A stretch of 64,000 bases of DNA from Eledone cirrhosa (lineage: Eukaryota), in assembly GCA_964016885.1 (NCBI GenBank), contig OZ024742.1:194680001-194744000 (forward strand). Reading direction: 5' to 3'. Shown here piece by piece: positions 23,633 through 37,301 of the stretch (the first letter of the stretch is position 1; each line of letters starts with the position of its first letter). A program made the translations under genes and the position numbers. Under the pieces are notes generated by a model. The model was not told where the DNA came from, did no database searches, and saw only the letters and a program-made list of their open reading frames with translations.

Positions 23633-24445
23633 CAGGGTGGTGGGCACGATTGAAACCTAAAACAAACAATCCCTCCATTTCGTCAAGATAAAATGAAATT
23701 AAAGTAAATTCAGCCTTATAAGACCGTAAAATTAATTTAAGTAGAAGGCCTAACCGCCAATGCCATAGTGAAATCAACCAACTTATACTGAAAATAATCC
23801 AAACGTTTAATAGGGAAAGTTTGCTAACCGTCGTAATAAAAAAATAAATAGCAATAACTTACGAAGTAATGAACTCGCCGAACTTTTAAAGCGTTGTAGC
23901 ATACAAAGGCAGTACAGTGCAAATGAAGCTATTAAACAAACTGGAGATTCCAATTCACTCTACTAAAGATTTACTTAATCGTCTGCACATTCGCTAATCG
24001 TCTGCTCATTCCATAAAAGGGAAATAATCGCCTATATCACCTCTCTGCATGACTGTCTGTCTGCACGCCTATATCACCTCTCTGCATGACTATCTGTCTG
24101 CACGCGTATATCACCTCTCTGCACGACTGTCTGTCTGCACGACTGTCTGTCTGCACGCCTAACGACGAAATATTTGCTTGTTTTACGTAGTCTTTAAATA
24201 GACTTGTTTTCAAGTAAAAATATTGTTTTAAAATGCTTTTAAATGGAAATGAAGCGTGTTTTTGATTAATATTCCCTCAACCAACAATATGCCTTATGAA
24301 GTTAAGAAAACATAACGATAACCCGAATGTTATAACAAAAGAGGATGCTGGGGATAGAAACTGCACTGGTTATTTATTAACAAAGATCGAAAATGTAAAC
24401 ATTGCAACGCAGAGAAAAATATTAGCGTAACCAAATTATCAGTTA

Positions 24446-25727
24446 CTAGCATTAAAGCCCGGCGTTGCTCGGGGTCATTAAGTTACCAAAGTTAGGTAGC
24501 AGCACTTTTTTGTCTGCCAGGCACTGGGTGAATGAATTGCAGACCTGGAAGCATGAGCTGCGCCAGCAGTGACAATTGTAGTTTCGCCTATGGATATTAT
24601 CTCTGTGCAAAAAAGTGTTGAAATTTATTGTTTCACAGTACTTGCGCAACACGCGAGTAGACGATGCCAGCCGAACAACAGAGCTGCGTTGGGGTTGTTC
24701 TGCATGGTTGTCTGTGTGTTTTCTAAATTTAAGACAGTAGGGAGGGTTGTAATATGAGGGAGAGTTAGCTGTTGTTTCTAGCAGGTTTAGTGACCTCATA
24801 GAGGATATGTGTTTTCTAAATTTAAGACAGTAGGGAGTGGTGTGATATGAGGGAGAGTTAGCTGCTGTTTCTAGCAGGTTTAGTGACCTCATAGAGGATA
24901 TGTGTTTTCTAAATTTAAGACAGTAGGGAGTGGTGTGATATGAGGGAGAGTTAGCTGCTGTTTCTAGCAGGTTTAGTGACCTCATAGAAGATATGTTTTC
25001 TAAATTTAAGACAGTAGAGAGGGGTGTGATATGGGGGAGAGTTAGCTGCTGTTTCTAGCAGGTTTAGTGACCTCATAGAGGATATGTTTTCTAAATTTAA
25101 GACAGTAGGGAGGGGTGTGATATGAGGGAGAGTTAGCTGCTGTTTCTAGCAGGTTTAGTGACCTCATAGAAGATATGTTTTCTAAATTTAAGACAGTAGG
25201 GAGGGGTATGATTAGGGGGAGAGTTAGCTGCTGTTTCTAGCAGGTTTAGTGACCTCATAGAGGATATTATTGTTTATCATCTATATATATAAAACTGACT
25301 GCACGCCTAACGAAATTTACAGATACATATATTTTAAATAAACTTATATAATTTTTGCTTTTTTTTACGAAATATTTGCTTGTTTTACGTAGTCTTTAAA
25401 TAGACTTGTTTTCAAGTAAAAATTATTGTGTTAATGTCATTTTAAACGCTGAGAAAGCCAGCGTGATTTTTTTAATTTTTGCACGCAGACGCTCAATGTA
25501 AACAGAACAAAGGGAAATAACTGATCACTTACGCTCAAAAATCGATATATTATATTCGATTTCGTCAGATAGGGCGGGTCAATTTGAAATATTTTTTTTC
25601 CGATGTCTTCGCTAGGGCTCAATGTACAAGTATAGCAATTTCGGTGCAATTCCGTGAGAGATTCTAAGAGGAGATGTGTGCCAAAAATCGATAGACAGAC
25701 AGACAACCACAGTTTTATATATATAGA
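24446..25727 (-). mobile_element. Short non-autonomous Helitron unit forming the 5' part of the composite
   Basis: Second terminator (plus strand ctagcattaaagcccggcgttgctcggggtc at 24446), nearly identical to the one at 16237. Confidence 0.8.
24716..25267. repeat. Minisatellite, six units of ~91-93 bp, inside the Helitron
   Basis: Unit tgttttctaaatttaagacagtaggg...gtttagtgacctcatagaggata; shows as a 31-aa repeat in ORF 24452..24985. Confidence 0.92.
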
Positions 25728-26107
25728 TTAAATTATAATGTTTAAAACATTTATAAATTTCCGGTTGTTTGGTTCGTTCCACAACCGGACAGTTGTTCAT
25801 ATATTGTCTGTCCTACGCCATCTTGTTTTTTTTTCAAAAAAAAATAAGATGGCGTAGAACAAAACAATGGAGAGGCCCAAAACAAAGAAAATAATCTCCG
25901 TTCACTGATGAGGTCACAGAATGAGTGACGAATGAACTTTGACAATATATGAACAACCATCAGGTTCTGGAACCAACCAAGCAACCGGAAATTTATATTT
26001 TTTTTTTAATTTATAATTTAAATTGTAATAAATTGGAGTGAAAGCAACTGGTGCGTGTGTTTCTTATTGGCAACATGATATATGTATAACAATATATGTA
26101 TATGTAT

Positions 26108-26151
<44 letters not shown>

Positions 26152-26160
<9 letters not shown>

Positions 26161-26298
26161 GTAGAAATAAACAGTAAATTGTGTGTCTAAAATTACGAGG
26201 GTTGAAATACCGCATTGGTTTGATAAATTTAACGTGGTATTTCAACCCTCGTAATTTTAGACACAATTTACCGTTTATTTCTACATATATTATTATAT
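26152..26298. repeat. ~145-bp hairpin (58-60 bp arms, ~25-nt loop) next to (TA)n
   Basis: atgtagaaataaacagtaaattgtgtgtctaaaattacgagggttgaaatacc and its reverse complement. Confidence 0.85.
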
Positions 26299-26487
26299 AA
26301 TTGGTTCTACTTTTGACACAAGACCAGCAATTATACCAGTGTATTACTGGTACTTTATTTTATCGACCCCGTAAGGATGAAAGACAAAGTTAACCTCGGC
26401 GGGATTTGAACTCAGACTATAAAGGGTCATAACTCTTTGCTGCAAAACATGGCGTCCGACCCTCTATCGATACTGCCAATCCACCGT
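26298..26487 (-). mobile_element. tRNA-derived SINE (family A)
   Basis: Matches the other family A copies. Confidence 0.85.
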
Positions 26488-26547
26488 TCAGTATTTATAC
26501 TTTGAGCTTGTTAATTACATGGTATCAATACGAGTTAGTATTTTATT

Positions 26548-26640
<93 letters not shown>

Positions 26641-27189
26641 GTGTGTGTGTGTGTATTTATTTATTTATATGTGTGTGTGTTTGTATATGTGTATATCTGT
26701 CTGTGTTCTGTTTGTGTGTGTTTGTGTGCCTATGTATGTGTGTATGCGTGTGCGGGTACGAATATATAATGTGTTTAAAATACCACAGTATTCAACACAT
26801 TCAAACATAAACTGAGATAGCTTTCTCTACTGGAAGTAGAGTATAGAAATATAATAAGTCAAAAGGTGGCATTGACTTCGTCGCTCTATTTGACAGCAAG
26901 ATGAAACAGCGAAGCTGAAACTTCCTATTTCGTCATTTTTCTAAACTTTGATTTGTGGGCTCCCCGGTCTCTGTACCGCAGAGTATCCTCTTCATCTGCT
27001 TACTGATAGGGTCGTAGGGACAGAGTACTCAAACACTCCTTTCAGTGGGTCCTGTTAGAAGCAACTGGTCTGGCTGGATCCCAAGCCAAGATCATAGATA
27101 TAATCCAATCATCTTGCTTGGAGTTTATTTCTACTGTGTCTCAAGAAGGCTATGAGGAATCAACCCGTCTGTAACTTTTCATACGCTAA

Positions 27190-27318
<129 letters not shown>

Positions 27319-27468
27319 TTATTTACGTATAGCAAGGAGCATATGTCCATAAACACACTTGCACCGTTTTGTATTATGACAGTATTGTATTAGATCAATG
27401 TACAACAACAGAGCCATTATATGTAAAAGAAACCAAAGAACGCTTACATACTCAAACAGTTTTTATTT

Positions 27469-27513
27469 GCTTACAATGTTTCATCCATACCGTTTGGTAT
27501 GAATCCTCAGAAC
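27469..27513 (-). ncRNA. Degenerate minimal hammerhead-like motif
   Basis: Minus strand gtt-CTGAGGA-ttcatacc(aaac)ggtatggat-GAAA-cattg-TA-agc followed by aaataaa; register off by one nucleotide. Confidence 0.5.
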
Positions 27514-27737
27514 TTAATAAACACAGTGCTGGGTATAAGCTCTACCAGGCTTAGTCACACGAACAATCGGAATACAATAGAGGGTAAAGATATTGAGACC
27601 GGAGATGGCGAACAAGGAGTGGGTACACTTTTTCTAAATAATACATTTTCGGAGATGCCCATCTGCATATAATGGAAATATATGTGTGATGTACATATGA
27701 GTCTATACGCAATATATTTACGATTGTTTATACATTA

Positions 27738-27945
27738 CTAGACCACCCGTGACCCGTTGGGTCCTGTTCACTTCAAAATATTTTTTAAAATTCATGTTCA
27801 CTTAAAAATAATTTTTAAATAATTAAAATATATACAGACATGTATATAATGTGAAATGAAACTGGAAGGCCCATATATATACATACACCTATGTATGTAT
27901 ATATATATATAAATGTGTGTGTTTGTATACATATATATAAATGTA

Positions 27946-27990
<45 letters not shown>

Positions 27991-28020
27991 GTGTCTGTGA
28001 TCTATATACACTGGTCATAG

Positions 28021-28099
<79 letters not shown>

Positions 28100-28197
28100 A
28101 CGACACCACCAGCTCTCTCTCTACCTTCCATTTTCCTTCTCTGTCGCCTCTCCCTCTCTCTCTATGTCTCATAACCACAATCTCTTTCTCTCTATCT

Positions 28198-28273
<76 letters not shown>

Positions 28274-28475
28274 ATGAAGGTACCCAGAAAACCCCATATC
28301 TCGGGACCCGTGCTTCGAATCACTCGAAACTTGTTTTATTCCATTTTTATTCCCATTTCAGGGGCAACTTCCTTTCAAAGTGTTTTCCCATTATGCACCC
28401 TTTTGGCTGTATTACATTACAGACAAGCAAGCAAACAAGCAGCCAAACAATCACAGACTTTTAGTAATATATAGA
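27738..28475 (-). mobile_element. Non-autonomous Helitron
   Basis: Plus-strand a|ctag with a GC hairpin-like segment at 27738; minus-strand start TCTATATATTACTAAAAG at 28475. Confidence 0.6.
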
Positions 28476-29344
28476 AAACGCGAGCAAGCTTTGGGTGAAT
28501 ATTTTCTGAAAATATACTCAGAGAGGATTTCATTATTGCAAACAAAATTTGTATTTATGTAAGAGCATAATATTATTTAGCGCCATGCGGTTTAACCATT
28601 TTCTCCATACATAACCAAAGCACTATAGTAAATATTATGCACTTCACCTACATCAACATATAAATATGTTTGATGTAAAAAATAAAAAAAATCATGTAAA
28701 ACTGAGAATATTTCCCCACCCAACAAATATTCAAACTGCTTCCCTGGAGTTCATACGTCCCATCTCCAAGCTCTCTTTTCTAGTGCGTAGTAACAGCTAG
28801 ACATATAGGCGCACATAACATTTCTGTAAAGCTAAACAACCATCCGGTGAAACAATCCGACAATTCTAGATCTAAATAGAGAAATCATCAATTCACTGCC
28901 AAACACTTGACTCTAATTATTTATTCACGTTCGATTAGCTTATATTTGAAAAAACCTTATTGATCATTCACTCGATTGATTGATAATATCGAACTTCAAT
29001 TTTATGCCGTGTTGATTTTTAGCAAGACGCCCTATTAAACAAAATAGAAGAAAAAGCTTTGACATTGTCAATGTTATACATAATATCTATATAAAAATCG
29101 TGACTAAGAAACAAACGGGATTTTATAAGTAGAATCGTTTCAGGTTATTTATTTTAACTGTTTGTATTTTGTTTTATTATTAACGTCTGCTTGATACATT
29201 TGCCAACTAATGTAGTTTAGCCTCAGGCAACCATGCGACACACATTCTAACATAAATATTTTATAAGGAAGATTTAGTGCAGGTGAATAGGAATGAATTA
29301 ATTGTATAAATTCTCTCGTCTCTCACTCTCTCTCTCTTTCTCTT

Positions 29345-29426
<82 letters not shown>

Positions 29427-29717
29427 TATAAATATATATATAAATATATATTATATATATACACACACACATACATACATATGCAAATGTACGTATGTGT
29501 TATATCGAACATTCATAATAAGGTTCAATTCATTTGTGAACAAACAGCCCGATTGTCACATGTTTGTTCAACACTGGCTATGAAGAAATATCAACATGTT
29601 TCTAGGTCATTACCCGTCATTACGACTGCATACCTCTGCCAGTCTGTTCAACGGTTGAAAATATATAGTATTTTCTTAAGTACACATCGACTGAGTAGCC
29701 GCATTACATACATATGT

Positions 29718-29808
<91 letters not shown>

Positions 29809-30072
29809 TATATGTATACATATATACATATATATACATATATACACGAAGGCGTGTGGCTGAGTGGTTAGAGAATTGGATTCGCAATCGTAAGGTTGTG
29901 AGTTCGATTCCTGGACCAGGCGATGCGTTATGTCCTTGAGCAAGACACTTTATTTCACGTTGCTCCTTCTACCTGGAGTTGCGACCGATAGATAGTATTA
30001 GCAATTGGAAAGACCAACGGAAACATTGTTCCCACGGTCCGATTTGACGAAAGTCGATCGTTCTTTCTTTCT

Positions 30073-30118
<46 letters not shown>

Positions 30119-30177
30119 TATATACATATATATATACATAATATATAAGATCAAAAGATCGTTAAAAGAGTTCCATG

Positions 30178-30248
30178 TATTTTATTATGCGCATTTCAAA
30201 AACAAATATCATCATGCAATTACATTTGCGTTTTCGTCAGATAAAATA
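30178..30248 (-). ncRNA. Type-I hammerhead ribozyme (family F2; element ~30142-30310)
   Basis: Minus strand tattttat-CTGACGA-aaacgcaaatgta...gatatttgttttt-GAAA-tgcgca-TA-ataaaata. Confidence 0.75.
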
Positions 30249-31031
30249 GGGAGACATGATATGAAGGTTAAAAAACACTTGTGAATAGTGCAGATTAAAT
30301 CAACATATGAAAAGTAGTTTTAGATTAATGTGTGATATTGGGAAAAAAAATGAGGGGGGGGGGGGGGGGAGGATGAAAAAGAGGAGGCGATGAGAGTAAA
30401 AAGTGGAGGGAGAGGAGTATAATGAGGAAGGATGAGATAGGAGGAGAGATGGGTGATAGAGAGAGAGAGATAGCTTTTATAACTGAGAAAAATATATTGT
30501 TTTACATAGAGAGGTTAAAAAAACCGTTGGAAGATAATATATAAATTAAAAGAATTTGAAAATTAACGAAGAATGTTGTAAGCCGTGATCATGATATAGC
30601 TATTTCAGCAGCTGGTGAGAATGCGAAACACATGTTTCTCGATGTTATCTATGATCATTACCGAGACAATATAAACTTATAGCTTACATGATATTTGCAT
30701 AGTAGCTTATCAAACACAAACAGGAGATGCTCATTTACAAATGAATGGACTATGATTAATTAGCAGTCTCGTTATGAATGTTGTTATCGCTGCATCTTAT
30801 ATTCTTATAACTTTTTCACATACTTTCTTCCGAGACGTTTTGAACCATTTCCTCCAGTTAAGGTTATATCTATTTGATTGAGGAAGTGGCTAAAACACAT
30901 GGCTTCCACTTATGCAGATTTTGTTAACTCATGAAATCATTGGCTTCTAAAAGGATATCGTATGCACAAATCATAATACACAGATAAATATGTACACACA
31001 CGCGTGCACACATGCACAAACACATGCGCAC

Positions 31032-31086
<55 letters not shown>

Positions 31087-31481
31087 GGGGGGGAGTGAGT
31101 GTGTACATATGTATGTAAAAATATATATATATTTATATATATATATATGAATATATGTATATATTCGTATATATATTTATACACAGAGATACAGATATAC
31201 ACACAAACACACACATACATATGTGAATATATATATATATATATATATGTATATACGCAAATATATGCATTTATAAATTTATACATATATACATATAGAT
31301 GCATATACAATTATATAATGTAAACATTGCTGTTTTTCAAAATCACATTCAATTTGCAATTGATAGCAAAAGTTCAAAAAGTACTTGGCTTTTTATATTT
31401 CTATCACAATAATTGAATAATAATATTGCTACTACTATCGATACTTCTACTAACAATAATACCACTCGTAGTATTAAGAGC

Positions 31482-31640
31482 GAGAAGAAGAAGAAGAAGA
31501 AGAAGAAGAAGAAGAAGAAGAAGAAGAAGAAGAACAAGAAGAAGAAGAAGAAGAAGAAGAAGAAGAAGAAGAAGAAGAAGAAGAAGACAAACACAACAGC
31601 CACCACCACCACCACCACAACAACAACAGCAACAGCAACA
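31482..31640. repeat. (AAG)n and (CAC/CAA)n microsatellites
   Basis: Direct reading. Confidence 0.95.
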
Positions 31641-32082
31641 AAAACTACAACACACCATTAAAAACATCTGTTCTGTTAGGCATTAAATAAAATGACATTA
31701 CTAAACATTGTATATTTGTAATATAAAATAAAGAAATTAATCAGCAAAAAATTGTTTTATCAACGCTTGGCATCTAATAAGTTTGGATTCTTGATACAAA
31801 CAAGAATTCATTGAATCCTGTTTAAAGAAATATATATATAAACAATAAAAAAAAAAGCAATGGCATAATCTGGATAATATGTCGTTGTTGTTGTTGCTGG
31901 TGTAATGTTTTCCTTTATTTAAATCTAATATTTGTTATTGATTTTAAAAGAAAACATTAAACTATTACGCACATGTATGTAGAATTACATGGAAAAGTGC
32001 ATACACACACACATGCATATATGCGGGAGGACACATATCTACATGTCCCACAACACGCACACACACACATGTGTGTGTATAG

Positions 32083-32115
<33 letters not shown>

Positions 32116-32118
32116 TAT

Positions 32119-32171
<53 letters not shown>

Positions 32172-32215
32172 TAGGTATACACACATATATATATATAGGT
32201 ATACACACACACATA

Positions 32216-32249
<34 letters not shown>

Positions 32250-32350
32250 GGTATACACATATATATATAGGTATACACATACACACACATATATATATAT
32301 ATATAGATATAGATATATATAGGTATATACACACATATATATATAGGTAT

Positions 32351-32410
<60 letters not shown>

Positions 32411-32910
32411 ATGTGGTTGACGGCTAAAAGTAAAGATTAATGAATACCGAAGTAGAGTTTTAATACTCATAACATTAAGGCTAAATACTAAGTCTTCTTA
32501 CTCTAGAGTTTCGCCAAACAGGCAAAACTCCAGAGTAACAAGACTCACCTTTAGCTTTGATAAAATGAATATATATACACACACACACACTCACACGCAC
32601 ACACACACACACATACCCCCCCCCCCCCCCACACACACACACATACATGTATGTATGCATGTATGTTCTTCTGGTTTTATAATTTCACAAATTTTTACCA
32701 ATAGAGAGAGAGTCGGTTTCTAACATAGTTAGACTCTCTCATTGGAATTTACACATCAACTAGGTAGATATGTCTGTATGTTTGCATGCATGTGTAGATA
32801 TGGATGTTATTGTATGTGTGGATGTGGATGTTTTGAGTTGTGTGTGTGTGCATGTGTATATGCTTTTTATCTGTACATGTGTATATGCAGTTATTAGATG
32901 CATATATATG

Positions 32911-32989
<79 letters not shown>

Positions 32990-33029
32990 ATAATATTAAT
33001 AAATGGAAACTATTTATAAAACCATATTT

Positions 33030-33090
33030 ATTCTATTATATATAGTTCAAGGGTACCAACAGTTTTGGTACGCTCTCATCAGAAAAAATA
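33030..33090 (-). ncRNA. Degenerate hammerhead (family F1)
   Basis: Minus strand CTGATGA-gagcgtaccaa(aactg)ttggtaccctt-GAAC-tatata..; GAAA is mutated. Confidence 0.55.
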
Positions 33091-34061
33091 TGAAAGTTGT
33101 TTTACAGATGGTGACATATTCAAAACAAGAACTTATCGTTTTAAGTTGTGTTTGAATAGTACACTATATATATATTGTTTATGTACATATGTAACTGTGA
33201 AATGTATGCATAGCGAGATTGTTTTGAAATCTTTACGTTCTAACGCAAATGATAAACATTATCATACTCATATCGCTCCCTATATATAAATGGTGAAAAA
33301 ATCGGTTATAGTAAGTCTGGAGATAGAGTAATGTGAATGAAAGTGCTTATGTCCACTATTTTTCTTTTCCAAGGTTTCTTTGCCAGATTTTCTCAGCTAA
33401 TGTGTGTAGGAATCGATAATTATTTGTCCCATTGCCTTGAGACGCACACTTTTCAAATATACATAGAAATGTATGTTTACATATATATACACACATACAC
33501 GCATAAATATATATATATATACAAGAAACAAGCAAACATTACACAATCTTTTAAATAAACTAAAATACGATTTAAATATTCACCTGTCCAAAAGGCTATT
33601 ACCGATGGTTTCGCTTCACAAAAGATTGGAAATCCAGAGAATTACCAACGGAAAGATCAGCTCTTCCGATAGCTATTTCCATTCTATCGGACGTAAAGTC
33701 TCACAGTTTGTAAATATATCGCTTAGTATGCCAGATAGTATGCCAGATAGTATGAGGTCAAGCCGTTAAAGTGACCCACACATAAACTGGTCGTTAGTAA
33801 AAGCGCGAACATTATAGACGCGTTGTTTACCACGCCACTAAAAATAGCAGCAAGGTACAACGTTTTTTTCTCTACACATGGGAGAATATACATACAATGA
33901 GATTAATATCCCCACAGGTACTAAGTACCTACGGAAATATATAGGGTGTCTATAATACATTTGTTGTTCAATGGTACTAATTTGAGATACCAGAACTATA
34001 AAATTAAGATGAGCGGAACAAGCAAACATTAAACAACCTTTTAAATTAAATAAGATACGAC

Positions 34062-34580
34062 TAGACCGGCAACCCCACCAAGTTTACTTGGTGAGGAGGG
34101 TGGTTTTGGACACACTGCAGGACAAAAAACAAAACCTGACAAAGGGCGGAAGAACTCATAAGAGTCAACGGCTATTCAAATGTGTGTAAATATGTATATA
34201 CACATGTACATATGGATGTATATGTATATGTACATGGGTGCATATGTATGTATATGCGGGGGGACATAGAAATAGTCGGTTAAACCACTGGAAGTGAAAG
34301 AGCCCTAGCCTTTGTCAGGACATTCTTCTAGGAGAAGGCAACTCAGGAAACTGGGATAACTCCGATATAAAACCTGCGGCTCAGTAGTTACCGATGATCT
34401 TGATCTTTTCTTCTTTTCGGATAATAGCTACTGATGTCAGAGACTGGGATTGGCTCAGTGCACAGTCTTACCTCACTTTAAAAAATATCTTCACGCACAG
34501 GCATTGCATGATAGAATTGATTAATAATTATTAATAATGGTATATCATGCAATGGCCATACTCGATAACGAGGAGGCAGC
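34062..34580 (+). mobile_element. Probable LINE (RTE-like) 5' UTR fragment
   Basis: GC-richer segment with hairpin ccccaccaagt-tt-acttggtgagg and a ctaggagaaggcaactc motif reminiscent of RTE 5' UTRs. Confidence 0.4.
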
Positions 34581-35696
34581 CATCATGTATATATGTATAC
34601 CAATACGCGTTTGCGTGTGACTATTTCTGTTAAAAGTCTTGAAATTTGGTGCATTACATGACTGCTTTCATTTTCGTTCGTTCTTTTCTTCTTTCATATA
34701 TAATTCGAATATTTCTATGCATTACTGATATTTCCTTTATAGAAATCATTCTTGGTTTGAATCAAATTATTAAAATATAAAAGTTACAATCAATATTTTC
34801 TTATGCGTTACATTACACAACCCAAAACATATCTTACAGACTTTGAATGAGGTCAGAAAAATTATTTTGTAATATAACCTCGTGCTTTCAATATAGTTCA
34901 TCAAGTTTAATCTTTGAAAGTTATTGGTTTTCTTATGCATTAATTTTATCTACTATGTTAATGTGTATTTTATTTCAATTTCAATTTATAACTAGAGAAG
35001 ATACTGGACAGAATGCATATATAATTTGTCAGCAGAATAAGAAAAAAAAACCCTGAAAATGTATTATTGTATTTAGTGAATTTTATAAAAGGATATACGG
35101 TACCAATTACGCGATTAATGGACAACACATTAGTGCGTTAAAAGTAATCGTAGCATGGCCGAATACAAAACAAATTCTCTTCACTATCATTAGGTCCCGT
35201 GATGCATCCAACTGACTTTCATCTTGGGTAAGCGTCATTTACTATTGCCTTGGGTTGACCCATGTGAATGAAATTGGATAGAGGGATTCTAGTATATTAG
35301 AAATATATTTGCCTGAACATGTAACTAACTATATACACCACGTATCAATATAAGACCATCACAAAATAAGATTTTAAAATATGTAGTATTAATGACTAGT
35401 TAGCTTAAGAAGGATTTGTAATGAAATGTAGTCCACCCAATGTAGAAATCACAATTCCTATAAATAACAGCTGAGAAAATCTGGTATCGTATCCTGAGAG
35501 AAAGACAGAATTGCAGCAGGGCGCAGGCAAGAAAAAAACAATCGATGTATTAACCCCTACGCTAAGGAACCGTTGTCTACCAATCTCGTATATTTAGACT
35601 TTATGTCTCTGTTCACTATTTTTGGTCTCCAGGGTTATTGTACCCAATTGTCGCAACTATTGTGTAGAGAGATGTACCATTCTTATGGTCACTTCT

Positions 35697-35923
35697 AGGG
35701 CGGTGGATTGGCAGTATCGCTAGAGGTGTCAGACGCCATGCTTTGCAGCATGGAGCTGCATACGGCCTTTATGATCTGAGTTCAAATTCTGCCGAGGTTA
35801 ACTTTGCCTTTCATCCTGACGGGGGTCAATAAAATAAAGAACCAGTCACGCACTGTGGTTGATTTAATCGACTTCCCCTCCCCGAAAATTGCTTGCATTG
35901 TGCCTATATAAGAAACCATTATT
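35697..35923 (+). mobile_element. tRNA-derived SINE (family A, longer tail variant)
   Basis: gggcggtggattggcagtatcg head and conserved core. Confidence 0.85.
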
Positions 35924-36718
35924 ATGGTCACTTCTACCTTGAGACAACCACATCCTAATATTTAATTGTTTCTATATATAGAATCCAGTCTTGAACCTTG
36001 TCACTTTACATCATATACGGTTCATTCCCTGAGAAAATAATGTAATTCTACAGTGAAGCCTCATATTGCTTATGCAGAAATATAGGCATATATTTATGTC
36101 TGGTTGATGATGTGTGTGATGACATCCGACTTTTCCTTTTCATAAGAATTAGATAAACGGAAACGGATGAACGGTACCTGTACCTAGCGACGTCACATAT
36201 GGGAATATAAGTCTGTGAATTACTCAACCATTTACACGTTAATTCATGTATTGACTGTTCATCGTTGAAACTGACGGAGGAACCACCATGTTACGAATAA
36301 GAACCAGATGCAATACACCGATTGTTGAATTAATAACATTTACTAATTATAAAGTTCTGGAAGAGTATAGAGTTAGAATTGAAGTACTTAGAGAACTGAA
36401 TGTTCAACTGTTTCGTTAATACTCAATTTTGTTCTTCACTGAGCAATTGTGGTATTATATTTTGATATGAAATCAGTACAAAAGTTATACGACGTCTGAA
36501 AATGTATATGGTAGGCAAGCTACTTATATCCATATTATATAGAGGGTAGAATGTAAAGACAATTTTGTGAAAACGATTCAGAATAGTTATCATATTATAA
36601 AAAATTTATGATGCCTTAAAATCAAAACATCGGTGAAATATAGTTTTCTTGTAACGTGTTTCGTGTGTATGTATTTATGTATATGTGTAAATGTGAATAC
36701 ACACAAACACAGACACAC

Positions 36719-36794
<76 letters not shown>

Positions 36795-36822
36795 ATATGT
36801 ATATATATATATATATATATAA

Positions 36823-36869
<47 letters not shown>

Positions 36870-36891
36870 TATAAATAATATATATTTTATA

Positions 36892-36943
<52 letters not shown>

Positions 36944-37211
36944 TATTTATGTATATATATATATATATAACAATATATTTAGAAACACACAGATACATGC
37001 GGACACACACATATATACATGAATGCATCCGCACCCAACTGTGAGTTAAGGGTGCCAACTTCACCGATGTTGCTCAATGAATGACTGGGACAGACCAATT
37101 CAGTTGAACCAGACTGAACCAGTATCAGAGTTAAAAATACATTATGAAGAGAGAAGAAACATTTAGATATAATTAGTAATAAAATGTATCATACCTAAAC
37201 TGCTCCTAAAT

Positions 37212-37301
37212 TCCTCGACTACGTAGTTTCGTGGCATAAACAAAAACAATATATCATAAAGATATAGAGTCCTTGCGAGGTCTGCCGACTTATCAAGAGG
37301 A
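37212..37301 (-). ncRNA. Type-I hammerhead ribozyme, U3:A8 variant (inverted copy)
   Basis: Reverse complement of 37811-37900. Confidence 0.7.

Larger units (their letters stand above)
16237..25727 (-). mobile_element. Composite autonomous Helitron (~9.5 kb)
   Basis: Minus strand begins TCTATATATATAAAA at 25727 after A and ends with hairpin cccgagcaacgccggg plus CTAG at 16237 before T; no TSD; contains RepHel. Confidence 0.88.

Noticed and set aside
24452-24985. 177-aa ORF with 31-aa repeats as a captured gene
   Set aside because: It is the translation of the 93-bp minisatellite; later units are 91 bp and break the frame.
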